Positions 18,994 through 29,349 of a stretch of DNA of 64,000 bases are shown piece by piece (within the stretch, counting starts at the first letter, position 1; the number at the start of each line of letters is the position of its first letter). Both the position numbers and the translations under genes were made by a program. Source of the stretch: a virus. Taxonomy: Duplodnaviria > Heunggongvirae > Uroviricota > Caudoviricetes. The DNA is taken from IMG/VR virus record IMGVR_UViG_2974563859_000001; one strand, given 5' to 3'. The notes under the pieces are model-generated. The model searched no databases, had not been told where the DNA came from, and was given only the letters and a program-made list of their open reading frames with translations.

Positions 18994-19884
18994 ATGATCA
19001 TCACACATTATGATGCAGATGGAAAAACATGTTTAGTTCTAGCCAAAAAATATATGAATGGAATAGGTAGTTATCGAATTTGTGACTACTCAAATGTGGA
19101 TGAGGTAGTAAATGATTATCTAGATGCTATTGAAAACTGGCAATGCACTGATTCAGTTTTAGTCATTACAGATATTACTATTTCTAAAGAAACCGCAGAG
19201 AGAATTGAAAGTTTAAAACACTTATTCAATTTTATTATGCTAATTGACCATCATCCAGCAAATCACTATTATCTCAAGAAATATGAGTGGTGCTTACTAT
19301 TTAAGGATAATACCAGTGCTTCTAAGGAATTATATCAATATTTAAAGCAAAAAGGTTTAATCAATATGAATGATGACAGCTATGATGAACTAATTGACTC
19401 TGTTAATTCATTAGAAACATGGGATTATGATAACGAGAATGCTAAGATTATTAATGATTTATCTTATAACTTAAAGACTCATGACTTTTTGGCAAGATTC
19501 TTAATCAATCCATCTCTCACATTGAGTAAGAAAGAAAAGATTATTCTTGGAATGAGACAAGATGATATTCAGGCAACTATTCAAAAAGTTAAACCAATAA
19601 TTAAAGGTAAAACATGTTATATTTTTGTAGATAGATATGTTACTGAAATTACAGAACATATATTTGGGAATTTTGATAATGTAGATGTACTTATTGCTAT
19701 TAATCCAATGAATCATTCTATCTCGTATAGAAGTAGAGATGCTAGAAATGATGTTTCAAAGGTAGCAAGTGAGAATGGTGGAGATGGAAGAAAAACAACT
19801 AGTGGTAGTCCTATTAGCGAAGACGCAATGTTAAAAATTGTTGATATTTTATTAAAGGATGGTGCTAAAGATTATGCAAAGTAA
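18994..19884 (+). CDS. DHH-family phosphoesterase (NrnA/RecJ-like)
   Basis: ITHYDADG and LIDHHP motifs. Confidence 0.6.
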   Translation: MIITHYDADGKTCLVLAKKYMNGIGSYRICDYSNVDEVVNDYLDAIENWQCTDSVLVITDITISKETAERIESLKHLFNFIMLIDHHPANHYYLKKYEWCLLFKDNTSASKELYQYLKQKGLINMNDDSYDELIDSVNSLETWDYDNENAKIINDLSYNLKTHDFLARFLINPSLTLSKKEKIILGMRQDDIQATIQKVKPIIKGKTCYIFVDRYVTEITEHIFGNFDNVDVLIAINPMNHSISYRSRDARNDVSKVASENGGDGRKTTSGSPISEDAMLKIVDILLKDGAKDYAK

Positions 19885-20431
19885 AAATGAAATTTCATTG
19901 GGATTAAGTGTTAAAATCACAAACAAAAATAAGAATGCAAAGATTATTAGTCTTTGCATTTCTGATCTTGGAGGTAAAAACTTATTTTATGCAGAATTTA
20001 ATGATTATTCTGAGCACTTTTTAGATTATTATGCTAAGAATGATATCATTCCTAATTTATTATTTAATGAGAAAAATGATTTTATTATAGAGAGTAACAA
20101 TCATTTTCACATCAAATCTAATAGTGATATAATAAGAAAAGAAGTTTCAAAATGGCTGGCAAACTATTATCTAAAACATAAGAAGAAGATTAAGTTTATT
20201 ATTGATGATAAACAATTTAGCTGGCTGTTCTTTTCAGAATTAATTGATTATGAAATTTTTCCTAAATTTATGTTATCCAATGATACAATTGATTTAGATT
20301 CTCTTCTAGAGTTCCTAAATATTAATCTATCAGGAACATCATTAGAGAAAAAATCCAATGCTATTATTAGCGCCAAAGGGAACATTAGTATTTGGAAGCA
20401 ACTATTTGATGTATATCAAAATAAAAGATAA
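19874..20431 (+). CDS. hypothetical protein
   Basis: ORF; the start may be 19859 or 19874. Confidence 0.4.
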   Translation: MQSKNEISLGLSVKITNKNKNAKIISLCISDLGGKNLFYAEFNDYSEHFLDYYAKNDIIPNLLFNEKNDFIIESNNHFHIKSNSDIIRKEVSKWLANYYLKHKKKIKFIIDDKQFSWLFFSELIDYEIFPKFMLSNDTIDLDSLLEFLNINLSGTSLEKKSNAIISAKGNISIWKQLFDVYQNKR

Positions 20432-20456
20432 ATTTATATTATAATAGTGTCTTTAA

Positions 20457-20645
20457 ATGAAAAGGAGGAGTAGCATGAATACTTATTATGATTATTCAAA
20501 TCAGACTAAGAAGACGTTAAAAACTAATGAAAGAAGTCTCTCTAGGAAAGAAAGGAGGGAATTAGCAAAACTAGAAGAAAGAGAAAGGAGGCTTTATGAT
20601 AAGAAGCAGAGGGAAATTGCAAAACGATTGGGGTTCATTAAATGA
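20457..20645 (+). CDS. small basic protein
   Basis: ORF; RBS aaaggagg lies upstream of the internal Met at MNTYY. Confidence 0.4.
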   Translation: MKRRSSMNTYYDYSNQTKKTLKTNERSLSRKERRELAKLEERERRLYDKKQREIAKRLGFIK

Positions 20646-20929
20646 TAGATGTTTTTATTCAAGGTAAATTTAATATTAAAAGATTAAAAAAGTATTTCCA
20701 TGATAATACTAAAACAATGTTTCTAAATGTAAATGAAAAAAATTATCTTATAGCATTTGATAATAAAGAGCAAAAAGAGATAAATACTAGGGAATTGAGA
20801 AACTGTATAGAATGTCTACAGGATCACATGGATAATGTACCATTAGATAGCTGGACAGATAGTGTTGCAGGTATTAATTATGGTACATATTTTGGACAAA
20901 ATTTATCCTTAAGAGTATATATTTTGTAG
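20642..20929 (+). CDS. hypothetical protein
   Basis: 95 aa, start overlaps the preceding gene. Confidence 0.4.
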   Translation: MIDVFIQGKFNIKRLKKYFHDNTKTMFLNVNEKNYLIAFDNKEQKEINTRELRNCIECLQDHMDNVPLDSWTDSVAGINYGTYFGQNLSLRVYIL

Positions 20930-20998
20930 ATTAATTTTCATAAAAAGTTAGAAAAAATTAAACATAAAAATGTATCAAAAAAAAAAATAATTAGAAAT

Positions 20999-22039
20999 AT
21001 GGGGGAACACTTAATGAGCAGACTAGACACAGTAGAAAGAATTGAAAAAACTTTATTTTCAGTAGGAAATCTATTCTCCGTGAAAAATGTAATTCTTAAT
21101 GGAAATAAAGGAAAGAACGATAATAAATTAAATTCTATTTATACACGCTCATATGATTCACAAAAATATTCAGATAGAAGTACGTTAGATCAAATCCAAA
21201 TCAGAACTTCTGATTTCCTTGTATTTTCATATCATGATTTTCAAAATAAAATTAATGAGGATATTTTTATCAGCTATCCTCATATGATGAACTTTATGAC
21301 AATCCTAACATCTGCTTATAATATGGTTAATACTGATGAGGTTTATCAAGGAAATAATATTAATCCAAAATATGCAAATGTTTCTTTGACAACAAATCCT
21401 CTTGGTGGAGGTAAACAATTAGCTTTTATTCCTACTATTATTCAACGAGATCAAGTATATACTAATGGTGTTATTTTATTCCTTGGATCAGAAGATTATG
21501 CAATTGAATTAGATGCTTCTCAACTAGGCGCTCTTTATTATATCTTAAATAATTTCAACCTATTATCTGAAAGCTCTACTTTGTTCCTTACAGGATTAAT
21601 GTTTGATTCAGCTGTAGAAGGTTCTGAACCATCTGTCAACACATTTAGCTCTGCGCCTAAAAATAATGCTGGCTTTAACGCTAAACCTAAACGTGGAATC
21701 TTTGGTGGGAATAATGGTGCTTCTAGAGGTAATGGTAATACATTCGGTGGAAATAAGAGCGAAGAATCAAGCCCTAAACGTAATGCAGGATTTAAACCGC
21801 AAACAAAGAATGTTACTCCAGATGAGTTAGAAAGTGCCATTGAGAATGGAACTGATCTAAATCCTCCTATTCCTAGTGATGACGATATCCCATTCACTGG
21901 TGGAATTGAAGATGATTCTCCTATTGAAACTGGAAGAGAGAATAATGATTCTCCTATTAGTTTTAATGATGTAATGGCTGGAGCAACAGAGATCGAAGTT
22001 CCTGATCTTGATGATAAAGACGGCGGCATTAATTTCTAA
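20999..22039 (+). CDS. hypothetical protein with Gly/Asn-rich C-terminal region
   Basis: 346 aa. Confidence 0.5.
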   Translation: MGEHLMSRLDTVERIEKTLFSVGNLFSVKNVILNGNKGKNDNKLNSIYTRSYDSQKYSDRSTLDQIQIRTSDFLVFSYHDFQNKINEDIFISYPHMMNFMTILTSAYNMVNTDEVYQGNNINPKYANVSLTTNPLGGGKQLAFIPTIIQRDQVYTNGVILFLGSEDYAIELDASQLGALYYILNNFNLLSESSTLFLTGLMFDSAVEGSEPSVNTFSSAPKNNAGFNAKPKRGIFGGNNGASRGNGNTFGGNKSEESSPKRNAGFKPQTKNVTPDELESAIENGTDLNPPIPSDDDIPFTGGIEDDSPIETGRENNDSPISFNDVMAGATEIEVPDLDDKDGGINF

Positions 22040-22068
22040 GATTACAAAGCAAAGGGTGAAACAGAACT

Positions 22069-22407
22069 ATGACAAACAGCAATGATTTCCTAGATAAAAT
22101 CTCTCAAATTAGTAATACAAAAGAAACAGAAAAGAAAAAACCTTCTAGAAAAGGACGTAAGGTTGAAGTAGAAGTATTGGAATTTGAAATTGATGAAGAA
22201 AAAGACACTGAGTTAGCAGTATTTGTTAAACAGATAGTTAATAAAGCTCAGATTACCAATCAAGATGTATATAATGTATTAGGAAGAGTTGAAGGTTGGA
22301 ATCTAATTAATGGACTACGAAAGGGTAGTGTTAGTTGGGGAAGAGTAAAGAAATGGTGTGAAATAATTGGATATAGGGTAGAAATTACTCTATCAAAAAT
22401 TGATTAA
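22069..22407 (+). CDS. hypothetical protein
   Basis: 112 aa. Confidence 0.5.
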   Translation: MTNSNDFLDKISQISNTKETEKKKPSRKGRKVEVEVLEFEIDEEKDTELAVFVKQIVNKAQITNQDVYNVLGRVEGWNLINGLRKGSVSWGRVKKWCEIIGYRVEITLSKID

Positions 22408-22415
22408 TGTAAATA

Positions 22416-22450
22416 AGGATAGACATAATATGTCTATCCTTATTTTTTTT
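22416..22450. terminator. bidirectional terminator between convergent genes
   Basis: aaggatagacata/atgtctatcctt followed by a T10 run. Confidence 0.6.
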
Positions 22451-22908
22451 TATTTTTCTGGATTTGATTCAATTACAGCATCTTTTAATTTAGAGAGTGT
22501 ATCATTATATCCATAATTTACACCACGAGAGTCCAAGATTTCTTTAAGTTCTTTTTTAGTTGCTTCTTCAAGATCTTCCATTGTATATGCTATGTCAGAA
22601 TCAATTTCCTCTAGTTCTTCTTCTGAAATTTCTTCTTGTTCTTCAACTAATGTTTCTTCTTCTTGAGACTCTTTAGGATCTTCTACAGAAACTTCTTGTT
22701 CTTCAACAGATTCTTCCACTTGAGGTTTTGGCTGTTCCTGAATTTTTTGAGGTTTTTCTTCTTCATAACGAACTACATTAAAACCTAGTTTAGTCAACAA
22801 TTCATACTGACCTACAGTAATACTAATAGGACGGTTAATTGGACCTTTTCCAATAGTAGGAATAAGTTTAGAGTCAGTAATTGTTACACGAATTCTTTGT
22901 TTACTCAT
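22450..22908 (-). CDS. hypothetical protein with acidic linker and C-terminal SAP-like motif
   Basis: LEEATKKELKEILDSRGV..LSKLKDAV. Confidence 0.45.
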   Translation of the reverse strand: MSKQRIRVTITDSKLIPTIGKGPINRPISITVGQYELLTKLGFNVVRYEEEKPQKIQEQPKPQVEESVEEQEVSVEDPKESQEEETLVEEQEEISEEELEEIDSDIAYTMEDLEEATKKELKEILDSRGVNYGYNDTLSKLKDAVIESNPEK

Positions 22909-22923
22909 ATACTGTATCCTCCC

Positions 22924-23520
22924 TTAAAGTAAGTCTAGATCTAATAATGACTCTCCGATGGCTTCTAATTCTTCATCATCTTCGTCATCTTCATCTGCTA
23001 ATTCTTCAATTTCTTTATCATCAGCAATAGTCTCTTTTTCTTCATTAATTAAAATTTCTTCAAGTTCATCCAATGCTTCATCAAGAATAATGTCATCATC
23101 TTCGTCATCATCCTCAAAATCAAGAACTTCTTCATTAGAAGTTGCTTCTTCTAATTCAAGTTCTTCTAATGTAACTTCATCTTCTTCTTTGACAACCTCT
23201 TCATCTTCAGAGATGATTTCTTCATCTAATAGTTCTTCAGATAACTCTGCACCTTCTAATAGATCATCTTCGTCATCATCATCCATATATAAACCTGAAG
23301 TGTCATCATCTTCGTCATCAAGATCATTAACATCTAAGTCTACATCAAGATCATCAATGTCAACTGATAAATCCTGACCGTCAATTTTTGCTTCATCAAG
23401 AACTTCATCTTCAGTTGTCTCAACTGTTTCTAGTTCTTCCTCTAAACCCTCAAGTTCCTCATCAATATTAAGCAACTCAGTATCTTCATTAAGCATCTTA
23501 TTTTTAATAGTTTTAAACAT
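22924..23520 (-). CDS. extremely acidic (Asp/Glu-rich) protein
   Basis: 198 aa composed mostly of D/E runs. Confidence 0.55.
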   Translation of the reverse strand: MFKTIKNKMLNEDTELLNIDEELEGLEEELETVETTEDEVLDEAKIDGQDLSVDIDDLDVDLDVNDLDDEDDDTSGLYMDDDDEDDLLEGAELSEELLDEEIISEDEEVVKEEDEVTLEELELEEATSNEEVLDFEDDDEDDDIILDEALDELEEILINEEKETIADDKEIEELADEDDEDDEELEAIGESLLDLDLL

Positions 23521-23560
23521 TTAAGTCTGCTCCTTCCTTAAATAAGGTAATTATACTTAT

Positions 23561-24748
23561 TTAATTGTTTAAAATTGTATTCTTTATTTCTTTTAGTATG
23601 AAGAGAATACATGGAATAATCATATAATTATCCAATGTCTCCTTTATTTTTTCCTTAGTAATAAAATTAACAATTTCTTCTTCTACTAAAGCATTGTTTA
23701 AAAAATTAATTATAAAATTATTTATTTTATAATTATCATCAGCATAAGGTTCATTTGTTTTAATTCTTTTAATAAAATCACTAGTAAATAAAGGTAATAA
23801 ATCACTAGAATCTGATTCAGAATAACTAATATGAAGAATGTTATACTTGTTTTTATAGAGATTAAATATGCTCTTACTATCATTAATTTCTTCAAGAGTA
23901 TAGTTTAAATTCTCTAAATTATCTGTACTTTTTTCTTCAATGGCTGAGTAGATACTATTATCATAGGCGAAAAATTCATCCATGCTTTCATTTAGTAGCG
24001 GTTCTATTTTAATATTTTTCAAGAATGTTTTAGAATTGATAAATAGATTATTACTTTGGATAAATTTCATAAGCATATTATCGTATAATTGATTCTTGAA
24101 AAGAAAAGTATTATAGAACTTATTATAAAATAACTTTGTATACTGTTTTGATAAGATATTAAATGCATCATCTATTTTACCTAACAGGAGAAAATCTGTG
24201 GTCTTAAGAATACTCTTAGCTTCTTTACCAATATTCTCATAAACAACTTTATATTCTTCAGTTAATTGTCTCTCTTCCAGTATTCCAAGATTATCACCTG
24301 ATAGTATATAAGTAATTCTATAGAATACTTTATTATCAATACTGCTAGTCTCAACATTACTAATTCTAAATAGATAATCTTTATTTAGATAATTAACTAG
24401 GAAATAGTCATTTGGGAGTGGTTTAAGAGTATTAGGTAGAACGATTGCAGTACTTTCTACTGATGTATCTAGACCATTTTCAGTATCATATTCTAAATTA
24501 GGATCAATTTGCTCCATATTATAAATAGGGAAATTTTCAATTTTATTAAATTTTATAGGAGACTCTACACCAATAACTTCCATAACACCTTGTAGTGTTT
24601 GATCTTCCATAGAATTCATTATATCTTTAGAATAATAAGTGACAAAGTTTGGAGAACCTTCTATGAACCGAGAGAAATCTTTAGTGGTACTCGTAAAATT
24701 GTTTATATATTTTTCGATTACATCTTTTTCTTCAATAAATCGACCCAT
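23561..24748 (-). CDS. hypothetical protein
   Basis: 395 aa. Confidence 0.55.
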   Translation of the reverse strand: MGRFIEEKDVIEKYINNFTSTTKDFSRFIEGSPNFVTYYSKDIMNSMEDQTLQGVMEVIGVESPIKFNKIENFPIYNMEQIDPNLEYDTENGLDTSVESTAIVLPNTLKPLPNDYFLVNYLNKDYLFRISNVETSSIDNKVFYRITYILSGDNLGILEERQLTEEYKVVYENIGKEAKSILKTTDFLLLGKIDDAFNILSKQYTKLFYNKFYNTFLFKNQLYDNMLMKFIQSNNLFINSKTFLKNIKIEPLLNESMDEFFAYDNSIYSAIEEKSTDNLENLNYTLEEINDSKSIFNLYKNKYNILHISYSESDSSDLLPLFTSDFIKRIKTNEPYADDNYKINNFIINFLNNALVEEEIVNFITKEKIKETLDNYMIIPCILFILKEIKNTILNN

Positions 24749-24885
24749 TATTTTAACCTCCTTTAAATTAATATAAAGCCAATATTCATTTGTTCAGTTA
24801 TTATTTACATGATAAACTTTGATTCATTTGTTGAAACATACTATTAGTGATTTAAAAATAAAATAAGAAGGAGGGAGAATAAGAA

Positions 24886-25695
24886 ATGCAAAAAATTGAG
24901 AATGAACTAAATAATCTTTTATATGAGTCTATAGAAATACAAAATTTAATCAATGAAATATATTATATTGAAAGAAGTTTAATTTTATCTGAATATAATG
25001 ATATTTCTAATAATACAGCTATATTAAATGAAAATTTAACTGATAGTATATTAAGAGTTTTACAAAAAATAAAATTACTCATTAATAAAATTATTATTTG
25101 GTTTAAAGATATATTTAGCAAGGTAATAACAAAAATTAAGAATGATACTCCCAACTATAATTTAAATAGTAAAAAAAGAGTAATATCAGAAATTGATATT
25201 ATACTAAGTATTAATAATTTACTTAGATCTTATGAGGATGTAAGTGTTGATTTGAGTTCAATCAACCTTTTATTGTCGGCTAGTATTAATAATACAAAGC
25301 TAAATAATGTTAATATACCAAATATGAAAAAGACAATTAATAATAAGAAAAAATCAATTAAAGATTCTTGTGAAAATATTGTAGTTAAAAGAACAAATTT
25401 AACATATATAGCTAGCGATATTAATGCTATTATAAAAAATAAAAATATTTTAGTAAATTATTTAAATAAAAAATGTAATAAACAGATTCAAAATCAAATT
25501 ATAGTTATGAAAGAATATTATCATACTTTGACTAGGATGAATAATTCTGGAATTGATCAAGGTAAATTATATATAACTATAAATTCTCTTGCAGAATTTA
25601 TTAGCATTTCAATAAGTTCATACTCTCAACTGCTTACAGCAGGTATTTCTATTCTCTCTGAAAGTACAAAAGTGTTAGAACAATTTACAGAATAA
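24886..25695 (+). CDS. hypothetical Asn/Ile-rich protein
   Basis: RBS aaggaggga. Confidence 0.5.
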   Translation: MQKIENELNNLLYESIEIQNLINEIYYIERSLILSEYNDISNNTAILNENLTDSILRVLQKIKLLINKIIIWFKDIFSKVITKIKNDTPNYNLNSKKRVISEIDIILSINNLLRSYEDVSVDLSSINLLLSASINNTKLNNVNIPNMKKTINNKKKSIKDSCENIVVKRTNLTYIASDINAIIKNKNILVNYLNKKCNKQIQNQIIVMKEYYHTLTRMNNSGIDQGKLYITINSLAEFISISISSYSQLLTAGISILSESTKVLEQFTE

Positions 25696-25713
25696 TAGAG
25701 AGGTAGATTTATA

Positions 25714-25929
25714 ATGCGTGGTAGAAGTAGATATTATAAACATTCAATCATGTCCAATGCGACATTCGGAGAGTTAACTATCAGAAATAAAGATATGGAA
25801 TTAATTATTCCACAAAAATATATTACTTTAGAAGGTAAGATTTATCAGAATATTCAGAAACTTATTGATAAAGGTAATATAGTTGAGTTAAAAGAAAGAG
25901 GAATTAAAATAAATAATCTAATGTCATAA
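25714..25929 (+). CDS. hypothetical small protein
   Basis: 71 aa. Confidence 0.4.
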   Translation: MRGRSRYYKHSIMSNATFGELTIRNKDMELIIPQKYITLEGKIYQNIQKLIDKGNIVELKERGIKINNLMS

Positions 25930-25956
25930 GAGACATTAGATTATTTTATTATTTTG

Positions 25957-26340
25957 TCAAGAAACTTTCTGTTCTACTTTAAAATGAAATAGTGTATTTA
26001 CATAATCATTTGTTTCTGGATTTTGAGAGATAACAAAGACCTTATCCTCATCTTTATCTTCACATACAATATCACTAGTATTACAAATATCCAGATTTGA
26101 AATTGCATTAATGATTAACTTTTTATAGTTTTTATCCTTCATTCTTACAATAAAACGACAAGATGGTTTATCTCTAAATTCTTTATATTTTTCTCTTAAT
26201 ACTTTTAACATCTCTAGATAAATGTAATCTTCCATAATTTCATTATTATCCATGAATGAACCTTCAACTAATTTAATAATTTCCATTTTTATGCACCCCT
26301 CTAGATATTGGATTAATCTAACTAAATGTTGATTATTCAC
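25957..26340 (-). CDS. hypothetical protein
   Basis: 127 aa. Confidence 0.45.
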   Translation of the reverse strand: MNNQHLVRLIQYLEGCIKMEIIKLVEGSFMDNNEIMEDYIYLEMLKVLREKYKEFRDKPSCRFIVRMKDKNYKKLIINAISNLDICNTSDIVCEDKDEDKVFVISQNPETNDYVNTLFHFKVEQKVS

Positions 26341-26384
26341 ATAAAAAAATTAAAAATTTCAGAGACGTATTAAAATTTTAGATG

Positions 26385-26399
26385 AAATATATATTATTA
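26385..26399 (+). promoter_or_regulatory. AAATATATATTATTA promoter-like motif
   Basis: 42 nt upstream of the ATG at 26441. Confidence 0.45.
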
Positions 26400-26440
26400 A
26401 AGTGAAGAGGATGTTATATTTATTAAAGGAGAGGTAAATT

Positions 26441-27364
26441 ATGATTTGTGAGAAAGAAAGAGAGATCACAGTAGAAGAGAGAATTAGGAATGTAAGAAAA
26501 TTAAATGTTAGTAGAGAAGTATTGGAAGAGATGGTAAAGAGACACTATAGAAAAGTTCCTGTAGATTTAATTCTAAAGAATACATTTATGGTTCCATTAT
26601 ATACTGAAGCTTTACCAAAATGTATTATATATCGAAAAGACAGATATCCTAAAAATCGTTATGTTGGTCTTAAAGAGACTATTAAGAAACAACATTTTCA
26701 GATGTATCATATTATATCAAATATTAAAGAAGAAGAAAGAACTGTCGCTGAACAACAATTTTTGAATTATATAGATAGTAAGGACTTCTATAGTCTTCAG
26801 ATGAAACTTCTCACCATATTTATTTCCACATCAGCAATGACTAATCCAAATACTAACTATCTCCAAAACTTCAGTAATAGCGTACTTAAAGTAATAAATA
26901 AGATTAAGAATGAAAGAAAAATTGAATTTATTGGACAAGCAGAAACAAAATTTAATTTTTATTTCTCTGATCATTTTCAATTTGATAGAATGATACATCG
27001 TGGTATTCCCTATCATAATCTAGAAATGGCATTAACGCCAATCGTTCAGTTTGAAAACTATAATAAATTTAAGAAAGGGACAGTGATAGCATCACAACTA
27101 AACTTAGGTGATACTGAAATTAGTCCTATTATCCTAGTAGGTGTTACTAAGAATGAAGATAAAGAAATTGAATTCACAATTATTACAGTACTTTATAATC
27201 AGGATAAAAATTATGTAATAAAAGATTGTGATGATTTTATATGTAGATATTATCATGAAGAACAGAAAAGATATAGAAGTATTAATTATAAAAGTAATAA
27301 GAAAGTATTTAGAAAATATTTCCCTACTATTAAGGTAGTAGACGAGGAGGAAGGCATTTATTAA
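26441..27364 (+). CDS. hypothetical protein
   Basis: 307 aa, RBS aaaggagagg. Confidence 0.55.
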   Translation: MICEKEREITVEERIRNVRKLNVSREVLEEMVKRHYRKVPVDLILKNTFMVPLYTEALPKCIIYRKDRYPKNRYVGLKETIKKQHFQMYHIISNIKEEERTVAEQQFLNYIDSKDFYSLQMKLLTIFISTSAMTNPNTNYLQNFSNSVLKVINKIKNERKIEFIGQAETKFNFYFSDHFQFDRMIHRGIPYHNLEMALTPIVQFENYNKFKKGTVIASQLNLGDTEISPIILVGVTKNEDKEIEFTIITVLYNQDKNYVIKDCDDFICRYYHEEQKRYRSINYKSNKKVFRKYFPTIKVVDEEEGIY

Positions 27365-27381
27365 TGCCTTTCTTTTTTTTA
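27351..27381 (+). terminator. rho-independent terminator
   Basis: aaggcatt-tatt-aatgcctt followed by a T8 run. Confidence 0.6.
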
Positions 27382-27392
27382 TTGAAAAAATT

Positions 27393-27406
27393 AAATATAT
27401 ATTATA
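27393..27406 (+). promoter_or_regulatory. AAATATATATTATA promoter-like motif
   Basis: 33 nt upstream of the ATG at 27439. Confidence 0.4.
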
Positions 27407-27438
27407 AAAAAGAATAAAATTATTAAGGGGGAAGTATA

Positions 27439-27789
27439 ATGGAAATTGTTGTAAAAGCATTAAATGTTTCTTCAGAAGTACATGAAGTGGAAAAATTATT
27501 TAGACTCTACGATAATGGGTATAAAAATGTTCTTTATGGTAATTATCAAAATGATGTGTGTTTGCTATCTAAAGATGTTATTCCAAAGGATATAATTAAA
27601 AATATTAATGATAATATACTAGAAGAAATTTATTTGGAATTACTTTGGTTGAGTAAATCTCCTGTTTTTATAATTAATAAACTTAAATATACAGAAGTTT
27701 TAAGTTATGATGATGATGGCAATTTAATCGTAAAAGCTAACAATGATAGTTTAAAAGATATTAAATTTTATGTAGAAAAAGGTGAATAA
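27439..27789 (+). CDS. hypothetical protein, paralog A1
   Basis: MEIVVKALNVSSEVHEVEKLF...; paralogous to the next gene. Confidence 0.55.
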   Translation: MEIVVKALNVSSEVHEVEKLFRLYDNGYKNVLYGNYQNDVCLLSKDVIPKDIIKNINDNILEEIYLELLWLSKSPVFIINKLKYTEVLSYDDDGNLIVKANNDSLKDIKFYVEKGE

Positions 27790-27790
27790 A

Positions 27791-28150
27791 ATGGAAATCA
27801 TTGTAAAAGCATTAACTGCTGTAGCTGAAGTAACAGAATTGGAAACTCTATATGAACATTTTAAGAATGGTTATACTCATATTCTTGCGTCTAATTATCA
27901 AGATGACTTATGTTTAGTAGCTAAAGGTAATATTGAAGGAGATATAATTGAAGAATTAAAAAATGAATTGTCTGAAGAGGCATTTGAAGAATTAATGTGG
28001 ATTAGTAAAGAATTTAATTTAGTAGATAGATTTAAAGATGAATTATATCATATTGAAGTATTATATAATGAAGATGATTATCTGATTGCTAGAATTAAAG
28101 ATAATGATTATCTAAAAGATATTAAATTTCATGTGGAAAAAGGAGATTAA
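27791..28150 (+). CDS. hypothetical protein, paralog A2
   Basis: MEIIVKALTAVAEVTELETLY...; tandem duplicate of 27439..27789. Confidence 0.55.
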   Translation: MEIIVKALTAVAEVTELETLYEHFKNGYTHILASNYQDDLCLVAKGNIEGDIIEELKNELSEEAFEELMWISKEFNLVDRFKDELYHIEVLYNEDDYLIARIKDNDYLKDIKFHVEKGD

Positions 28151-28163
28151 AACAGGAGAACAT

Positions 28164-28454
28164 ATGTTTAAGTGTCTTAAGAAAATTTTAAATAAAACTA
28201 AAAAGATTAAATGTGATCATCATGGAATTGAAATGGGATCAAAAGGACGTATTGCTGATCCAATACATTATTTTAAATGTAATAAATGTGGCTTATATTG
28301 TGATAATAATATTATGAAAAGTAGAAAAAATAAAAATAATTATATAGAATTAATGGATCTCTACTTTAATAATCAATTAGCAGTTAGAGATAAAGATTTT
28401 AATAATGGCGAATTAAGTTATTTTGAGGATTATTTTAATAGTTTTAGATTGTAA
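28164..28454 (+). CDS. small Cys/His-rich (zinc-finger-like) protein
   Basis: CDHHG...FKCNKCGLYC; RBS aggaga. Confidence 0.4.
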   Translation: MFKCLKKILNKTKKIKCDHHGIEMGSKGRIADPIHYFKCNKCGLYCDNNIMKSRKNKNNYIELMDLYFNNQLAVRDKDFNNGELSYFEDYFNSFRL

Positions 28455-28512
28455 GAGAATAATTAATTATTCTCTTAATATCATCATGAATATACATAAA
28501 AGGAGTAATAAA

Positions 28513-28665
28513 AATGGATATCTATGAATCATTTTGTTTTTCACTATTAGGATTTGGTTTAGCGATTGCAGTTGTATGTGTAACATTAAGTGTTATCTTA
28601 GTATTAAATACCAATATTCTTATTAAAAGACAAATTGAAAAGTTGGAGGATAAAATAAATGACTA
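28513..28665 (+). CDS. small membrane protein (about 50 aa)
   Basis: MDIYESFCFSLLGFGLAIAVVCVTLSVILVL...; RBS aaaggag. Confidence 0.4.
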
Positions 28666-29123
28666 AAATTATCTCAGGTTTTCCAGGAATTGGTAAGAGT
28701 ACTCTCTATAATAATACTGATTTAAAAGTTTTAGACTCTGATAGTAGTAATTTTTCATGGTCACGTCCGGGAGTACGCAATAAGGATTTTCCACAAAATT
28801 ATATCGATCATATTAAAGAAAATATGGGTAAAGTGGATATTATTCTTGTATCTTCACATGATGTCGTAAGAGAAGCGCTTAATGATAATAATATTGATTA
28901 TTATATTGTATATCCTGATATTAAATTAAAAGATGAATATCTTAAACGTTATAAAGAAAGAGGAAATGATGATAAGTTTTTATCTTTCATAGAGAAAAAT
29001 TGGGAATCCTTTATTAATGCAATTGAAGATGAAAATAACGCAACATTGATTAAATTGCATTCTAATGAATACTTATCTGATATTATTAAATTATTTAAAA
29101 ATATTGAAGGGATGGGGTTGTGA
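28659..29123 (+). CDS. P-loop nucleotide kinase-like protein
   Basis: GFPGIGKST Walker A. Confidence 0.5.
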   Translation: MTKIISGFPGIGKSTLYNNTDLKVLDSDSSNFSWSRPGVRNKDFPQNYIDHIKENMGKVDIILVSSHDVVREALNDNNIDYYIVYPDIKLKDEYLKRYKERGNDDKFLSFIEKNWESFINAIEDENNATLIKLHSNEYLSDIIKLFKNIEGMGL

Positions 29124-29349
29124 AATGAAAAGAGACTAAAGACATAAAAGTAGTTATTCATATACTATTAGTAGTATATCAAATATTAAATTTTCTGATA
29201 AAAAGATAAATGAAATAAAGTCTATATTCTAGAACTAGAAATGAAGATATTACCAGAAGATTGATAATTTATTTATGGCAGAGATGGTGGTTATTCAAAT
29301 ATGGCTGAAGTATTCAATAATAAAAATAAATAAAAGAGGTTAAAAATAA

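Noticed and set aside
21538-22029. 163-aa minus-strand ORF
   Set aside because: Antisense to the well-supported 20999..22039 gene. Low-complexity composition.
22958-23377. 139-aa Ser-rich plus-strand ORF
   Set aside because: Antisense shadow of the Asp/Glu-rich gene (GAT/GAA codons read as ATC/TTC). No RBS.
27134-27460. 108-aa minus-strand ORF
   Set aside because: Overlaps the 26441..27364 gene and its terminator. Poly-Ile/Phe composition.
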